A stretch of 64,000 nucleotides of DNA from the human T2T-CHM13v2.0 reference genome, Homo sapiens. Shown one piece after another: positions 13,350 to 24,610 of this stretch. The position numbers were made by a program, and so were the translations under genes. The DNA lies in assembly GCF_009914755.1 (NCBI RefSeq), contig NC_060925.1. One strand, written 5' to 3'. Each line of letters starts with the position of its first letter. Positions within the stretch are counted from its first letter, which is position 1. Below the pieces are notes generated by a model, which was given only the letters and a program-made list of their open reading frames with translations, ran no database searches and was not told the DNA's origin.

Positions 13350-15775
13350 GTAAGAGGAATACAGCGGCGCTGGCAGCCCCACAGTGCTGGGATATCATTT
13401 TTAGGTTGCCTTAGCTGCTTGAGTGAGACAAGTTTCTTTCTGTGGTGGTGGATTGTGGCAGAAAAAAAAAATCATGCATGACTGGGAGACTCGCCTGCCT
13501 GATTCTTGAGATAATATATTGAGAATCTGTTGCTTTACAAATGTCACATCACTGATGTAGCGGTCAGCCCCTCACTCTGAAAGATGAATTGTACTATTGG
13601 AAATGCGATAATAAGGTTGACTTTTCCCAACAATAGGATTCTGCCTTTGTCTTTAGAGAAAAGGCCTCTGAGGACATTTGTGCATTTGTTTGAGGATTCT
13701 GTTGAAAGACTTTAAAGTGGAGGTTTGTGGAAAAGTGATCAATATACAAAATGCATGAATTTTTAGCCTAGCAAAACCAGCTAGTTATTTATACTGTATA
13801 TACAGCTACTATTTTGGAAAAGTGGCCAGAATACCTTTTAATATACCTAATGTTAATTTATGGTTCAATAAGTGTACTGAGGTTAGTATGGATGGGAGAA
13901 AAGGGTTTTTAAAATTTTTATCTTTTATAACCTCCAGAGAAATCTAAGTAAATATTTTGTTCCAAGTGAGCTGTTTTTATTTGTGTTTGTCAGCATTGTC
14001 TTAATGTTTACTTTTCACAATATTTTAATATTGGTGAAATTGCACTCAGAGTTTATGTTGTTGATTTGGGGCACACATACCTACTCTGTGTATATATGCT
14101 GAACCATTTAGAACACTTTAACCTGTGAATTCACCCTCAGTACACAGTTCAACAGATACTGTAGTACTATTGTGACTCACAGGACATTTTATACATTTGC
14201 TAAAGAAATTACTTTAAAAGTTTACTTAACTGAGTATTGTTCCACCTTAAGGAATTATAGTTTTAACATTTGTACTTTTCTATTTCATGTATTTTCATTT
14301 CTAATAGCTGAACGTATTCATACTCAAGTCTAATGGATTATGCAGTGTACCCAACACATATTGTTTTATGATGTATCTGTATTTTCTGAAGTGTGAATAT
14401 ATATGTATGTTTATATGTGTGTGTTCATGAAACAGCATCTTGGACAGAATAGTTTTAATCTTGAAAAATGTAAGGTTATTTTCTTTCCTAATAATTTTTC
14501 ACAAACCCATTTATTCTTGGACTTTGAAACCCAGAAATATAGCTTATTTTTTGGTCTGTATGTCTACTCTGCCTAGTTCTGTCTCACTGTCAACTCTAGT
14601 CAAAGATTAAAGATTACATTGAATTTTGTATTTGGTAATATGTGTTACCACTGTGTATTTATTGAAGAACAAATTGATTAAATTATGAGTTAAATAAATA
14701 GTGACACATTAGTCTTTTGCATAGGTGTGAAGCATGAACTTCTCAGGTAAGCCACTTAAAAAACCCAAACCAGAACAAAAAATACACTACTGAAGGCTTG
14801 GTAGTGTAGAGGTTGTTAAATGTGTAAATAGGCAGACAAACTGTATACCTCACCATACACTTGCTAAATGTCTCTTTGCAAATCTCTTAAGAGGCCAAAG
14901 AAAAAAAGACATCCCTTTGAAGGAGAGAAGCAAAATCACTTATTTAGTTAAGCAAAATGAACACTCTGCACAGGTTTTGAAATGAGGCTGTTGTCAAAAG
15001 CATGTTTTACCTTTCTCTAAAGGGGTAGGAGAATGTGTTTTAGTGGATTTTTAAAAATTCAGATCATGTTCCTATCCAACTTGAAAAATAAATTCATTTA
15101 AGTAAATCATTCATCATCCTCAGTTTTGAAAAGCTCAGACAGAAGGCAGAAAGGTAGAGGCTGACAGCTGCCCCTCCCTTACCCCCACCATTTTTTTTCT
15201 TTTTGTTTATTAGGAAATAGTTTTCTGAGACAAACTTGTATGAACCTAGTTCACGGAGCAAGCTTAATCCCCAACTTGCTTGCTTTTGAAATGTTGGCCA
15301 TGTTAGCTGGAGAAGGAGCATTACTTACTAAAAATCAGCAATATCTGGAAATAATAAAGTTAAATTGTAGATGAATTAGCACATTAAAGTGCTTTTGTTG
15401 TACCTTTAAGCCTACAGGCAGATCATTAAATATGCATTTCGCTAGAAAGCAACTGTCTAGAAAGATAAGGTGGTTGAAAATATTCTACGGTGGAAAAGCC
15501 CTCCATCAGAGAGGTGGCACGGTTCGGCCCTCAGGATGGGAAAAGAAGGACCCTCCCACTGTTAGTTTAGGTTTGCAAGCCTCCAGTGACCTGCAGTTGT
15601 TACAGTACTTTTGAGCTGGGAGGAGGGAAAAGGTAAAAATACAAGTATGGCTGTTGTTGCTTCAGCCGGGCCTTAATTACCAGACACAAGAAGCAGTTCA
15701 GAAATCTGGTCTCTGTTGTTGTAGAGGTCACCAAATCATTAACATCGTCAATCTGGCAGTAGCTAATTTAAATAG

Positions 15776-16145
15776 CACCTGATGTTGCAACGCCTCCCTT
15801 CGTTTCCCCAGCCAATCAGATCCAGGCTTCGGCTGACAGATGGTCCCATAAATGGATGTAAAAAGGGGAAGCTTCGAGCCAATTTCAGCAAGGCTCTGTT
15901 CAGTTGTTCTTATCTACATCCTAGAATCGGGGGTTTCAGCTCACTGCTCCTTTTCTTTTTTTTCTTTCTCTCCCCCGCCCACCCCCCCAAAAATAATTGA
16001 TTTGCTTTACAATCATCCACACTGTGTTTTGTGGATCTTTAATTATATATAACAATAGTAGTCATTTTAAATATATATTCTGAAATCTTTGCAAATTTTA
16101 ACAGAAGAGTCGAAGCTCTGCGAGACCCAATATTTGCCAATAAGA
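15776..16145 (+). promoter_or_regulatory. ELAVL4: Core promoter and 5'UTR of the MVM first exon
   Basis: CACCTG 15776; NF-Y box AGCCAATCAG (CCAAT 15812-15816); GACAGATGG bHLH E-box (CAGATG 15837-15842); TATA-like CATAAA 15847-15852; Inr-like CCAATTT 15879-15885; then an ATG-free U-rich leader. Confidence 0.7.
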
Positions 16146-16154
16146 ATGGTTATG
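16146..16154 (+). CDS. ELAVL4: ELAVL4 alternative first exon, coding part M-V-M
   Basis: aagaATGGTTATG|gtaggt. Phase-0 join gives [11 protein letters not shown], the classic HuD N-terminus. Preceded by an ATG-free leader (15881-16145). Confidence 0.93.
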
Positions 16155-16719
16155 GTAGGTATGACTAGATTTATAATCTGTTGTTTGTGTTGCTGGAGGG
16201 AAGAAAAGCATCTACACCTTGACCAGTCTTATGCTTGCACAAGAGTTTAGTTCTGTGCTGCTGTTTGGTTCCTACATTTACTATCTCTTTTGTGTAGAGA
16301 GTGCGGGTAGGTCCTTTTATTGAAAAGCAATGGGGATATAAGATTGTCATTTTTAGCAAGTCGTTGTCAGTTTTCCCTTCAACATAAAGGCAAGGGGTGG
16401 AGGGGGAGGGCTGAAATAATTGCTGGTTTATTGAAAGAGGTTATATTACTTGAGACATAATGGCAAAAGAAGGGTTTTCTTTTTTGTAAGGGAGAGGGGG
16501 TTTGTCTACGTGCCTGGGTTTTGTGGGGCTGGGGGTGGATGCAGCGGGGTTAGGAATCTCTCAATTTCCGTGCTGGAAATTTAAACCTCGAGAGGCAGCT
16601 CCTGGATACTGAACACTGAGATGGGCAGTTGTGTTTCGGGGGACTGCGCAGTCAAAACGGCAAAGAGAGTGATTTATTTGGGCTTCAGTAAATGCTGCAT
16701 CTTGTATTTCAAAGAGTTT

Positions 16720-16896
16720 CCTGTCATGACCTCATAAAAAAGAGGAGGCGGCTTGTATGTGTAGCAGTGCCTGGCGTGTTGAGTTGTTGCTTCCTTCTCT
16801 GGGCAGCAGCTCTGTAAGAAGGAATGTCAGCTTTTACATAACGTTCCTTTCCGCTTTTGACACACTGTGTGAGGGTCCATCTTCTTCTGATCACAG
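16720..16896 (+). promoter_or_regulatory. Putative promoter/5'UTR of the MEWNGLKM exon
   Basis: TATA-like CATAAA at 16733-16738 and a short uORF ATG TCA GCT TTT ACA TAA at 16824-16841. Confidence 0.45.
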
Positions 16897-16920
16897 ATGG
16901 AGTGGAATGGCTTGAAGATG
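16897..16920 (+). CDS. ELAVL4: ELAVL4 alternative first exon, coding part MEWNGLKM
   Basis: ATG GAG TGG AAT GGC TTG AAG ATG|gtaagt (consensus donor). The join gives [16 protein letters not shown], a recalled HuD isoform N-terminus. Confidence 0.92.
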
Positions 16921-16959
16921 GTAAGTGAAAAGAGGAAGGCAGCCTGGAGGTCCCAGCCC

Positions 16960-17068
16960 TGTGTGTGTGTGTGTGTGTGTGTGCTTGTATGTGTGTATGT
17001 GTAAGGATGCTGGACTGTGCATCGTAAATCACTGTGCTGATCGTTTGTGTGTGTATGTATGTGTGTGT
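16960..17068 (+). repeat. Compound (TG)n tracts just downstream of the MEWNGLKM donor
   Basis: (TG)~12 at 16960-16983 plus degenerate TG runs to 17068. Confidence 0.9.
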
Positions 17069-18087
17069 TTATTAGTATTTCTCTTTTCTGAAAACCAGAA
17101 TCCATCTCCAAGTGTAATGGCACTGCATGCACACAAGGCACACACACTGCCTCTTCCAGCAAACACACATTTTAGCCAAGGAAGGTTGGTGTCTTTTTTG
17201 ACAATCAATGTCACCGTCACTGTTGGCTGGCGTGTCCACCGCCTCTGTGAGCCTTCAACGGAATTACACGACTGCTAAAGTTAAAGGCACATTTCTTTTT
17301 CAGTCTCATGCTAGGAGTGATGGGGAAGGATGGGAATGAGGGGTGGAGGAGGTGAGATTCAGTACCAGCCGATGCAATTGTGAAACAGGACTTTCGGATG
17401 TGGAAGGGGAAGTGGAAAACCTTTCTGCCGAAGTAGTAAATCTATTTTTAGCATCATCTTTTTCTGAAAAAAGAAGCAGGGAAACTCCTTGAGTGCCGCT
17501 TCTGTCGCCTGATGTTGACCCTGAAGATATGGCACAAAATGGCATGATTAGATGCCACGAGTGCCCACTTTGACTTTGAATTTTCACCAGCAATAGGTTT
17601 CACAAGGTTTCAGAGCTGGGTATGGGGGCAGGCTGTAAATTCATAACCATCTTACTTATTTTTCCCTAGAAAAGCCTGGGGAGGACTTTTTGCTCTGCAT
17701 AGATGTTATAACAAAGCTGTGGTCTTTTTCCCATTCTTAGAGGATTGCCTTTGTCTGGCTGCTTGTTTTGATGGGTGTAAAACAAATAAGATTAGACCGA
17801 GCAGCCCAACTGAAAGCGATAGCTGGGAGGAAAACCCAATGAAAGGTTGCCGGGGAAACGAACAGAGGAGAAGCCGAGTAGGGAGCAGGTGGCTATCATG
17901 AGAACACACTGCAAACAGTGTAAAAAAAAAGGGGAGGGGGACAGGACCTCGATTATCTTTGCTGTTCTTTGTGGCCAGCCCAACTTTAATTATTCGTTAT
18001 TAATAGGTGTTAATTACATTTCTAACTCTGGTTTACAGTGATTTTTAGAAATCTATTTTTAAGCATCTGTTCTGTCTCCCCTGTTTT

Positions 18088-18143
18088 TGTGTGTGTGTGC
18101 GTGTGTGTGTGCGCGTGTGGTTTTTGTTGTTGTTGTTGTTGTT
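18088..18143 (+). repeat. (TG)n/(CG) followed by (TTG)n microsatellite
   Basis: Directly visible. Confidence 0.9.
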
Positions 18144-21100
18144 TAAAAAACCCAGAGAGGAGGTGAGGGGGAAGGGAGGGTAGGGAATCTTGCTTTTTTT
18201 TTTTTCCTTTTTCCCCCTTTTCCCTGGTGTGAAATTGTACATGCGAAAAATCGCAAGGAATCCTGTGAGACCATTTGAAAAAATGTAAATTATATTGAAT
18301 GAAGTTGACGGAAGCATAATAGTGAACTCCCACAGCTGATAGGTTCTGCAAATGATTTCTTAGAAATTTCCAGCAAATATTCATAGGAAAAATATAGGTA
18401 GAATAGATCTACCCTAAGCAATGATTTGGGGTTAGGTGATTTTGGTATTTTTACTAAATCGGATGTTGATACTATAGTTTCAGGGGAATTCATTGTACCT
18501 CTCATTTTTTTCCTCAGTAGAAATTACTTTACAAAATAATAAATGAAGAGCTTTTTGCTTTCCTTCTTTCCCCATGCCCACAGTCACAGGATCCATCAGG
18601 CTTGCACTCTCATAACCACTGCCTTCCATTTGGCATTTGGTCCTGATTCTGGTCTTGGCACAAACTGAGTGAAAAGCTGATTTTTATATTAGTGTCTTTG
18701 GACGTCTGGGACCCATGTGTGCACTGGGTGACAAGCATCTCTCTTTTTTCTCTAAATGTGCTTTACTAATAGTCTCTTTTTCTCATGATGGTGGGTACCA
18801 TAAGGATTGAAAGGTGTAGTATTTGGGTGAACAGGAGATAGCGTAAAAACAATTGAAATGGTGATCTGTTAGGGTTTTTTACTAAAGGACAAAATAGATG
18901 CATGATCAGGGAGCTAATTGTAAGCCCAAAAATGAGATATTTAAAAATGCTGAAATACACTAAAAGATTAGGAAATATAATTGGCTTTATTGAAAGTACA
19001 CTTAATTTTTGCTCTCTTCATTGCAAATCCCCCCAATTCTTTTTTCCTTGCAGATGCGTCTTTTTGTTTTCTCTTCTTATTAGGGGATTTAAAAATTTTA
19101 TTTTCACTCTTGAGGTAAAAATAAATAAACTTGTATTTTTTGTCATACACTTGAAACTTGCGGCCATATGTTGAGTGCATAAGCCTGTGTCACCTTTAAA
19201 AAAATAGAATTTTTTTAAGTCTCCAATATAGTTTCTTTTTTTATTTTCTGAGAATTTTCTGGCAATTTTTAGTTAGGGGAAAATAATTTCTGTAAGAAGT
19301 GTCATCTTGGCTTGGGTTGTAAAAAAGACACGTGGTTCTGATGCTGACCTTTCTCGATCCTTTGTCTTAAAAATATTAATGCCTACTACCTTCATGTGGA
19401 GTTGTGCTCTTATGGAAGCACAAGGCTGAATGTGCATTTATTAAGAAGTGAAAATCCAATTGGAAATATTTCTGCAAAAAACATCTGACTAAGTAGCAGT
19501 TTTAATGATCAGAATGTCCATATATCTCATAGTAACATAACAGCTAAATCATTTAATATTTAAATTTTTGAAAGGGTAAAATTAACATAGATGAGGAAGT
19601 AGCTGAAAAATTACTTTGAGAATTGTTGATTTACAAGACAATTTAATATCTCATTTTTTAAAAAGCTAACAAACAACTTAACCATTCATTTGTGATCTCA
19701 GTCCCATTCATTTTTACCTGCCATTCATTCAAGTCATTCTCCTGGCCAGATGTAGATGGCCTTGCTTCTGTTTGATGGTTTGCACAAAACCTTAAAACTT
19801 TTTCTCTCCCAATACTCCTTCCTTGGTCCTTTGAAAATTAGGGTGTTGTTATGAGAGGAAGGCCAGATTGTTGTGAGATAATAACAATAGAATATTTAGA
19901 AAGAGAGAGAGAGAAAGAAAATGAACTGCGCATTTGCCTTTTAGTTCTAAACTTAGTCTTGAAATTGGATTTGGGACACTTTGGACTTCAGATATTTTAA
20001 ACTTAGGATTTCTATTAGGTATAAGCTATTTGAAATTTCACATCTAGAAATTATTGTTTGAATGGTGCTTTGTATGTGTGTGTTCAATATCTCTAAAAGG
20101 ACTTGTGGATGAATTGAGATGTTTTTCTCAAGTTAGAGTTACTGTGAACAACAATGGGATTTCCTCAGAGTAAGTCTTTTTTTTTTTGGTTTGATTTCTT
20201 CCCTTTACACTTATTTCCTTATTATAGGTGGGTTCTTTTCCTATATGTAGGCCAAATACTATTTCTTCCATGAGGAGATATGCTGCTTCATTTAGCCCTG
20301 AGCATCTTAACACCTTATTTTAATTTTTTTAAAAAAAGAAACAAATTGTCTGTATGTACCTCAAGTAAGAAATGGTTGTCTTCATAGAGGTCATCATACA
20401 TAGACGAAAGTACTTTGGCCTTGACAAATTTCTTCATTAGCTCCAATGATCTGTGGCCACCAGGCAGTTAATTTATATGCCTAGACATTTAATATGTACA
20501 TTTGTTGGTGAGCTGGCCAGAGGATGCTAAACACACGAGTATGCGCTGGCAAATGCTGCAATGCAGTATTTTTTTCCCAATGTCATTGGGAATTTTGGGG
20601 CTAGGAAGGGACATGAACATTTTCAAGCTTTTATCTTACTATTGTCCAGTCGATGGGCCATGTTGTACAGATTTGGTCAATTCTCCTTTTGAAAGTAAAG
20701 TCAACCTTTTATTTACCACTATCCATTCCCCCATCCATGTAATGTATATGTGGAAAGTGTGTGTGTGCGAGAAAGAGAAGCAGAGAGACTCTGTGTGTAT
20801 CAGTATAAGTGTGTTGCAGATTCCTGCACCTGTCTTAGGCTTTCCTTATTTGGTATTACTAAACATGTATACACACTTACTTGCAAGTATATGTGCATCT
20901 ATAAATGGAGAGAAAACCAAACTGGGCTGCTTCCCATAAGAACTGGTTTCTCTTCATGACTCCAAGAGTTCTCATATTAGAAAAATATGAAATTTCAAAT
21001 ATTCATTAAAAAATATATATTCAGACCCTGCAGTCTGTTAGTAACCAAACACCTTTCTTTAGCTGCCACTTAAGAAATTATAAGTGTGCAAATGCATAAC

Positions 21101-21975
21101 AATGTTTGTGAGCTAAAAGCCATCCCTTCAATCAAGGGCCTGGGTATGAATTAAAATGTGTGTATGTGAGTGTATATGGATATGTGTATATGTATGGGGG
21201 GCGGTGGGCAGGATGTTTTTCTTTGAGGGCATTTGAACCTAGTCTTTACCATTGGTAAAAATAAGGAGGCGGTAAGATGGAAGTGTTAACATCTGTGCTT
21301 TGCTTTGTAAGTTGGTGTGCAAGTGTGTGTGTATTAGGAACATCCTTATATTTGTGAAATCTCCACGTATTTTAGGGGTAAAGGGCTTTTATAGGTCACT
21401 GGCTTTCTAAGGGTAAAAAAAAAAGAAAAGGTGATCTGTGGGTGGGTGGGAGTCACAAGCAGTAATTGTCTTAAATTAGCTATTTAGCAGTGAAAAGGAA
21501 AAAAAGGCTGGAAGACAAGAGTGTAGAAGAGTACCAACATGTGGGTCTGCATCTTTCCGGTATAGGAGATAATGAGTGATAAATTTGAACTGGTGCAGTG
21601 CAAGATGCCCGATAATTTCTCTGAACCTTGACTTTGCAGGTCCATTACTTCCTTGCTTGCTTGTTCACACCTTTAATTATATCCAGTTTGGGATGCTAGC
21701 TGGGGGCACCACAGATAAGCCATTTTGTTTGTTGTTTACTTCATTAAGTATTCAGGCAGTGTATTCACAGTAGCTTTGGAGCATCAGTGTTAGGAATTGA
21801 GCAGTTTGGAAATGGAATTGTTAAAAAAGAACAAAAAAATAAGACAGCAATCAGCCAGCTAGCTTGCTTTGGATGTTCACATCCACTCTGCTTAATGGTA
21901 ATATTTATGCTTTCCCTTGCACATTAATTAAGAAATAACTTACGCAGTGTCAGGGCTCTTAATAGGCTGGTGACT

Positions 21976-22064
21976 TTCTCTCTCTTTCTCTGTCTCTGTC
22001 TCCGTCTCTCTGTCTCTCTCTCTCTCTCTGTCTCTCACTCTAGCTCCAGCTGTCTCTTTCTCTC
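21976..22064 (+). repeat. (TC)n/(TCTG) pyrimidine-rich tract
   Basis: Directly visible. Confidence 0.85.
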
Positions 22065-23351
22065 CACCCCACCCTTGAGACTGTCTTTGCTCAGAACATT
22101 TTAAGACCAACCAATTTTGCTTTAGGGGAGCTCATATTCAGATCCTTGTTGTATCTAATACCAAAGGTATTTCTCCCCTCAATAAAGATCCCCCTCTACA
22201 AGGATCAAGAAATGCTGAGAGCCCTAAAGGAATCCTTAAATAAATTTTGGTTGAGAAAGCAGTAGAAGTGTTGAGGAAATAAGGTCAGTGTAATTTTTGT
22301 GCTTGCGTTTTTGTTTTTTGTTGTTTTTGGAAAGTCTTATTTTTAACCCCAAAAGTAAAATGCAAAACTAGCATATGGGATTTTTTTAATGAAAAAAATA
22401 TATATGTCTTAGGTCTCTCCTGAAAATAACCTCCCTTGGACTCTTCATTTGAAAAATAACATGTAAACTTTAGCTTAATTTTTGAATTACTCATTTTAAA
22501 CTATAAAATATAGTTCATAAATATTTTTTCCATAGGAAGTTTAGTTCTTTTTTCAGGCTATGGGGAAGCAGAGAAATGACCCAGCGAAGATGGTGAATTC
22601 TGAAAAAAACACAGCATGGAGGTTTCCTCTGTTTGCACTTCGTAGCATTGAATCTTCTCCTGCTTCTATGAGTTATCCTTTAGCCCTTAAAGTTGTTTTG
22701 CCAACAGTGTTCATAATAGAGACTGACTGTCATTCCTTGTTGGGTGAAGATGTATTTGTTGAGGACTTACTATGTGCATTTCTTTGGAACGTGGAATCCA
22801 AGGTCACCATTTCTTTTTCTTTTGACAATGATCAGAAGACATAATTAATTAGAGGATAAGTCCCTGTGATTGGAGATGAAGTTAGGGTGAGGGATTTTTA
22901 AGGTGGCACATTGCACAATGAGGTTTGTGTCAAATAGTAAGAAAAGGTCTGCTGGAACATTCAAGTACATAAATGTCTTTCCTTCTGTATTTATAAGCAT
23001 CTAGGTGTGACTCCAAAAGATAGAAATAAGAGATCTTTTGGACATTTTAGTCTATAAGGTTTCATGTGTCCACATCTTCAGCCTCAGGAAGAAATATAGA
23101 AGTTTGGACTGTTGAAAGGAACTTGTCTTTCAGTCAGCAGCCCATGAAGCTTGGCTGAAACTGGTTAATTTTACAGAAACACGAATGTCTTGCCTCCTTG
23201 CTTCTGATGTAAGTGGCTTTTTGAATTCCTTTTCCTCTGTTACCTCCCAGGAGCATCTGAACAGATAGTGACCGTTTTGGCATGCCAAATTGGAAGTTTG
23301 CTAGTGGAGCAGAAATCATAGTTACTTTGTCATATACATCTAAATACTGTG

Positions 23352-23393
23352 GTGTGTGTGTGTGTGTGTGCGTGTGTGTGTGTGTGTGTGTGT
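23352..23393 (+). repeat. (TG)~20 microsatellite with one CG interruption
   Basis: Directly visible. Confidence 0.95.
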
Positions 23394-24414
23394 CATGTGT
23401 TGTAGACAGCTGGGAGCCCCGGTGTGCCGTGGGATGTGCCAATAATGGCTTCTCAAGTACTCTGTGTTTTCCTAAGCTGCCAGTCTAAACCCTTTAAAGG
23501 TTTGCTTTCTAATTTGTACATGAAAAATAACAGGCTGAGTTGAACTTTTTTTTTCAAGTGCCCCCTTTGAAGATGCAGCAGTAGTAAATACTGCTCTAAT
23601 GATAAACTTTAGTTCTAAGTGCTACTTAAAAGTCTGTAGTAGAAAGGCTGAGAACTTGCCATCTTTACTAATGAAGCTTTCCTTAGGAAAATGCTCACTT
23701 AAAAGGGAGTAAATGACCAAGTCCCTGAAATTTGTGATTTTTACCAGATTTGACTTATCTTTTCTTATTTTACTTTTTGTAATGCAGCCAACCACACATC
23801 CAAAATTCTTGGTATTATACATGTCTTCAACATTAATTATCTCTGTTGATGCACTGGGTACAGATAGTACAGTTCCCACAAGTCCAGATTCTTACTGTAA
23901 CACCAAAACAAAAGTGATATTTATGAATAATATTGGGAAAGTTGTCCTCATAGTAACCATTCCCCAAAGGAAGCTTTACATAAATGTGCACTTATTATTC
24001 AGGATATTAAAAGGGAATCGTTAGCTTTTACTTTTTAATTTGGGCTAAAATATGTAAATTGGTTTTATTTTGGAGTTTCTCTGTTTTAGGTGACTTTGGG
24101 GGAGGATAACTTTCTAGCTTGATTATATTTTAATCACCTCTCTAGTGGAAAAGTTAATCTTAAAAGCAACCTGCTTATTGTGATTAGGACCCAGAGGGCC
24201 TGTGTTCAGATGGGGCTAAAAACATATTATATTGACCTGTACACACGTAGAAAAATTAGATTTATTTCTACTAGATACCGCTATTACCATGCCTTTGTTG
24301 GCAAGGCTATCTCAGAGACCAGAGAACCGTGAGTCTGCCTCTGGCCTCCGAGGAACATCACGGTGTGCCTGTACAGGCAAGCCTCTAAAAAGATTGTTCT
24401 TTGTCTTAAGAAAC

Positions 24415-24610
24415 TGGCAAGTGCAAAGGACTTCAGAGTCAGTTGAACTTAAGTTGGAATCCTAGCTCTTCCAGTTACTAACTGGGCAATCACAGATGAG
24501 TTACTTCAACATGAGCCACAATTCCTCATCTTTAAATGGTGATGACAATATCTAACTCACAGGGTTTCTGCAAGAATCAGATGAGAAACAGTATTTGAAG
24601 GCACCAGTCA
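24415..24610 (+). mobile_element. MIR
   Basis: gaatcctagctcttcc...cctcatctttaaatggtgatgacaatatctaactcacagggt. Confidence 0.65.

Noticed and set aside
16015-16036. 7-bp stem-loop (atccaca/tgtggat) in the MVM 5'UTR
   Set aside because: Too short to distinguish from chance without covariation data.
20502-20939. Longest ORF in the track (145 aa)
   Set aside because: Non-ATG start, no recognisable domain, crosses TG/GA simple repeats; consistent with chance in intronic DNA.
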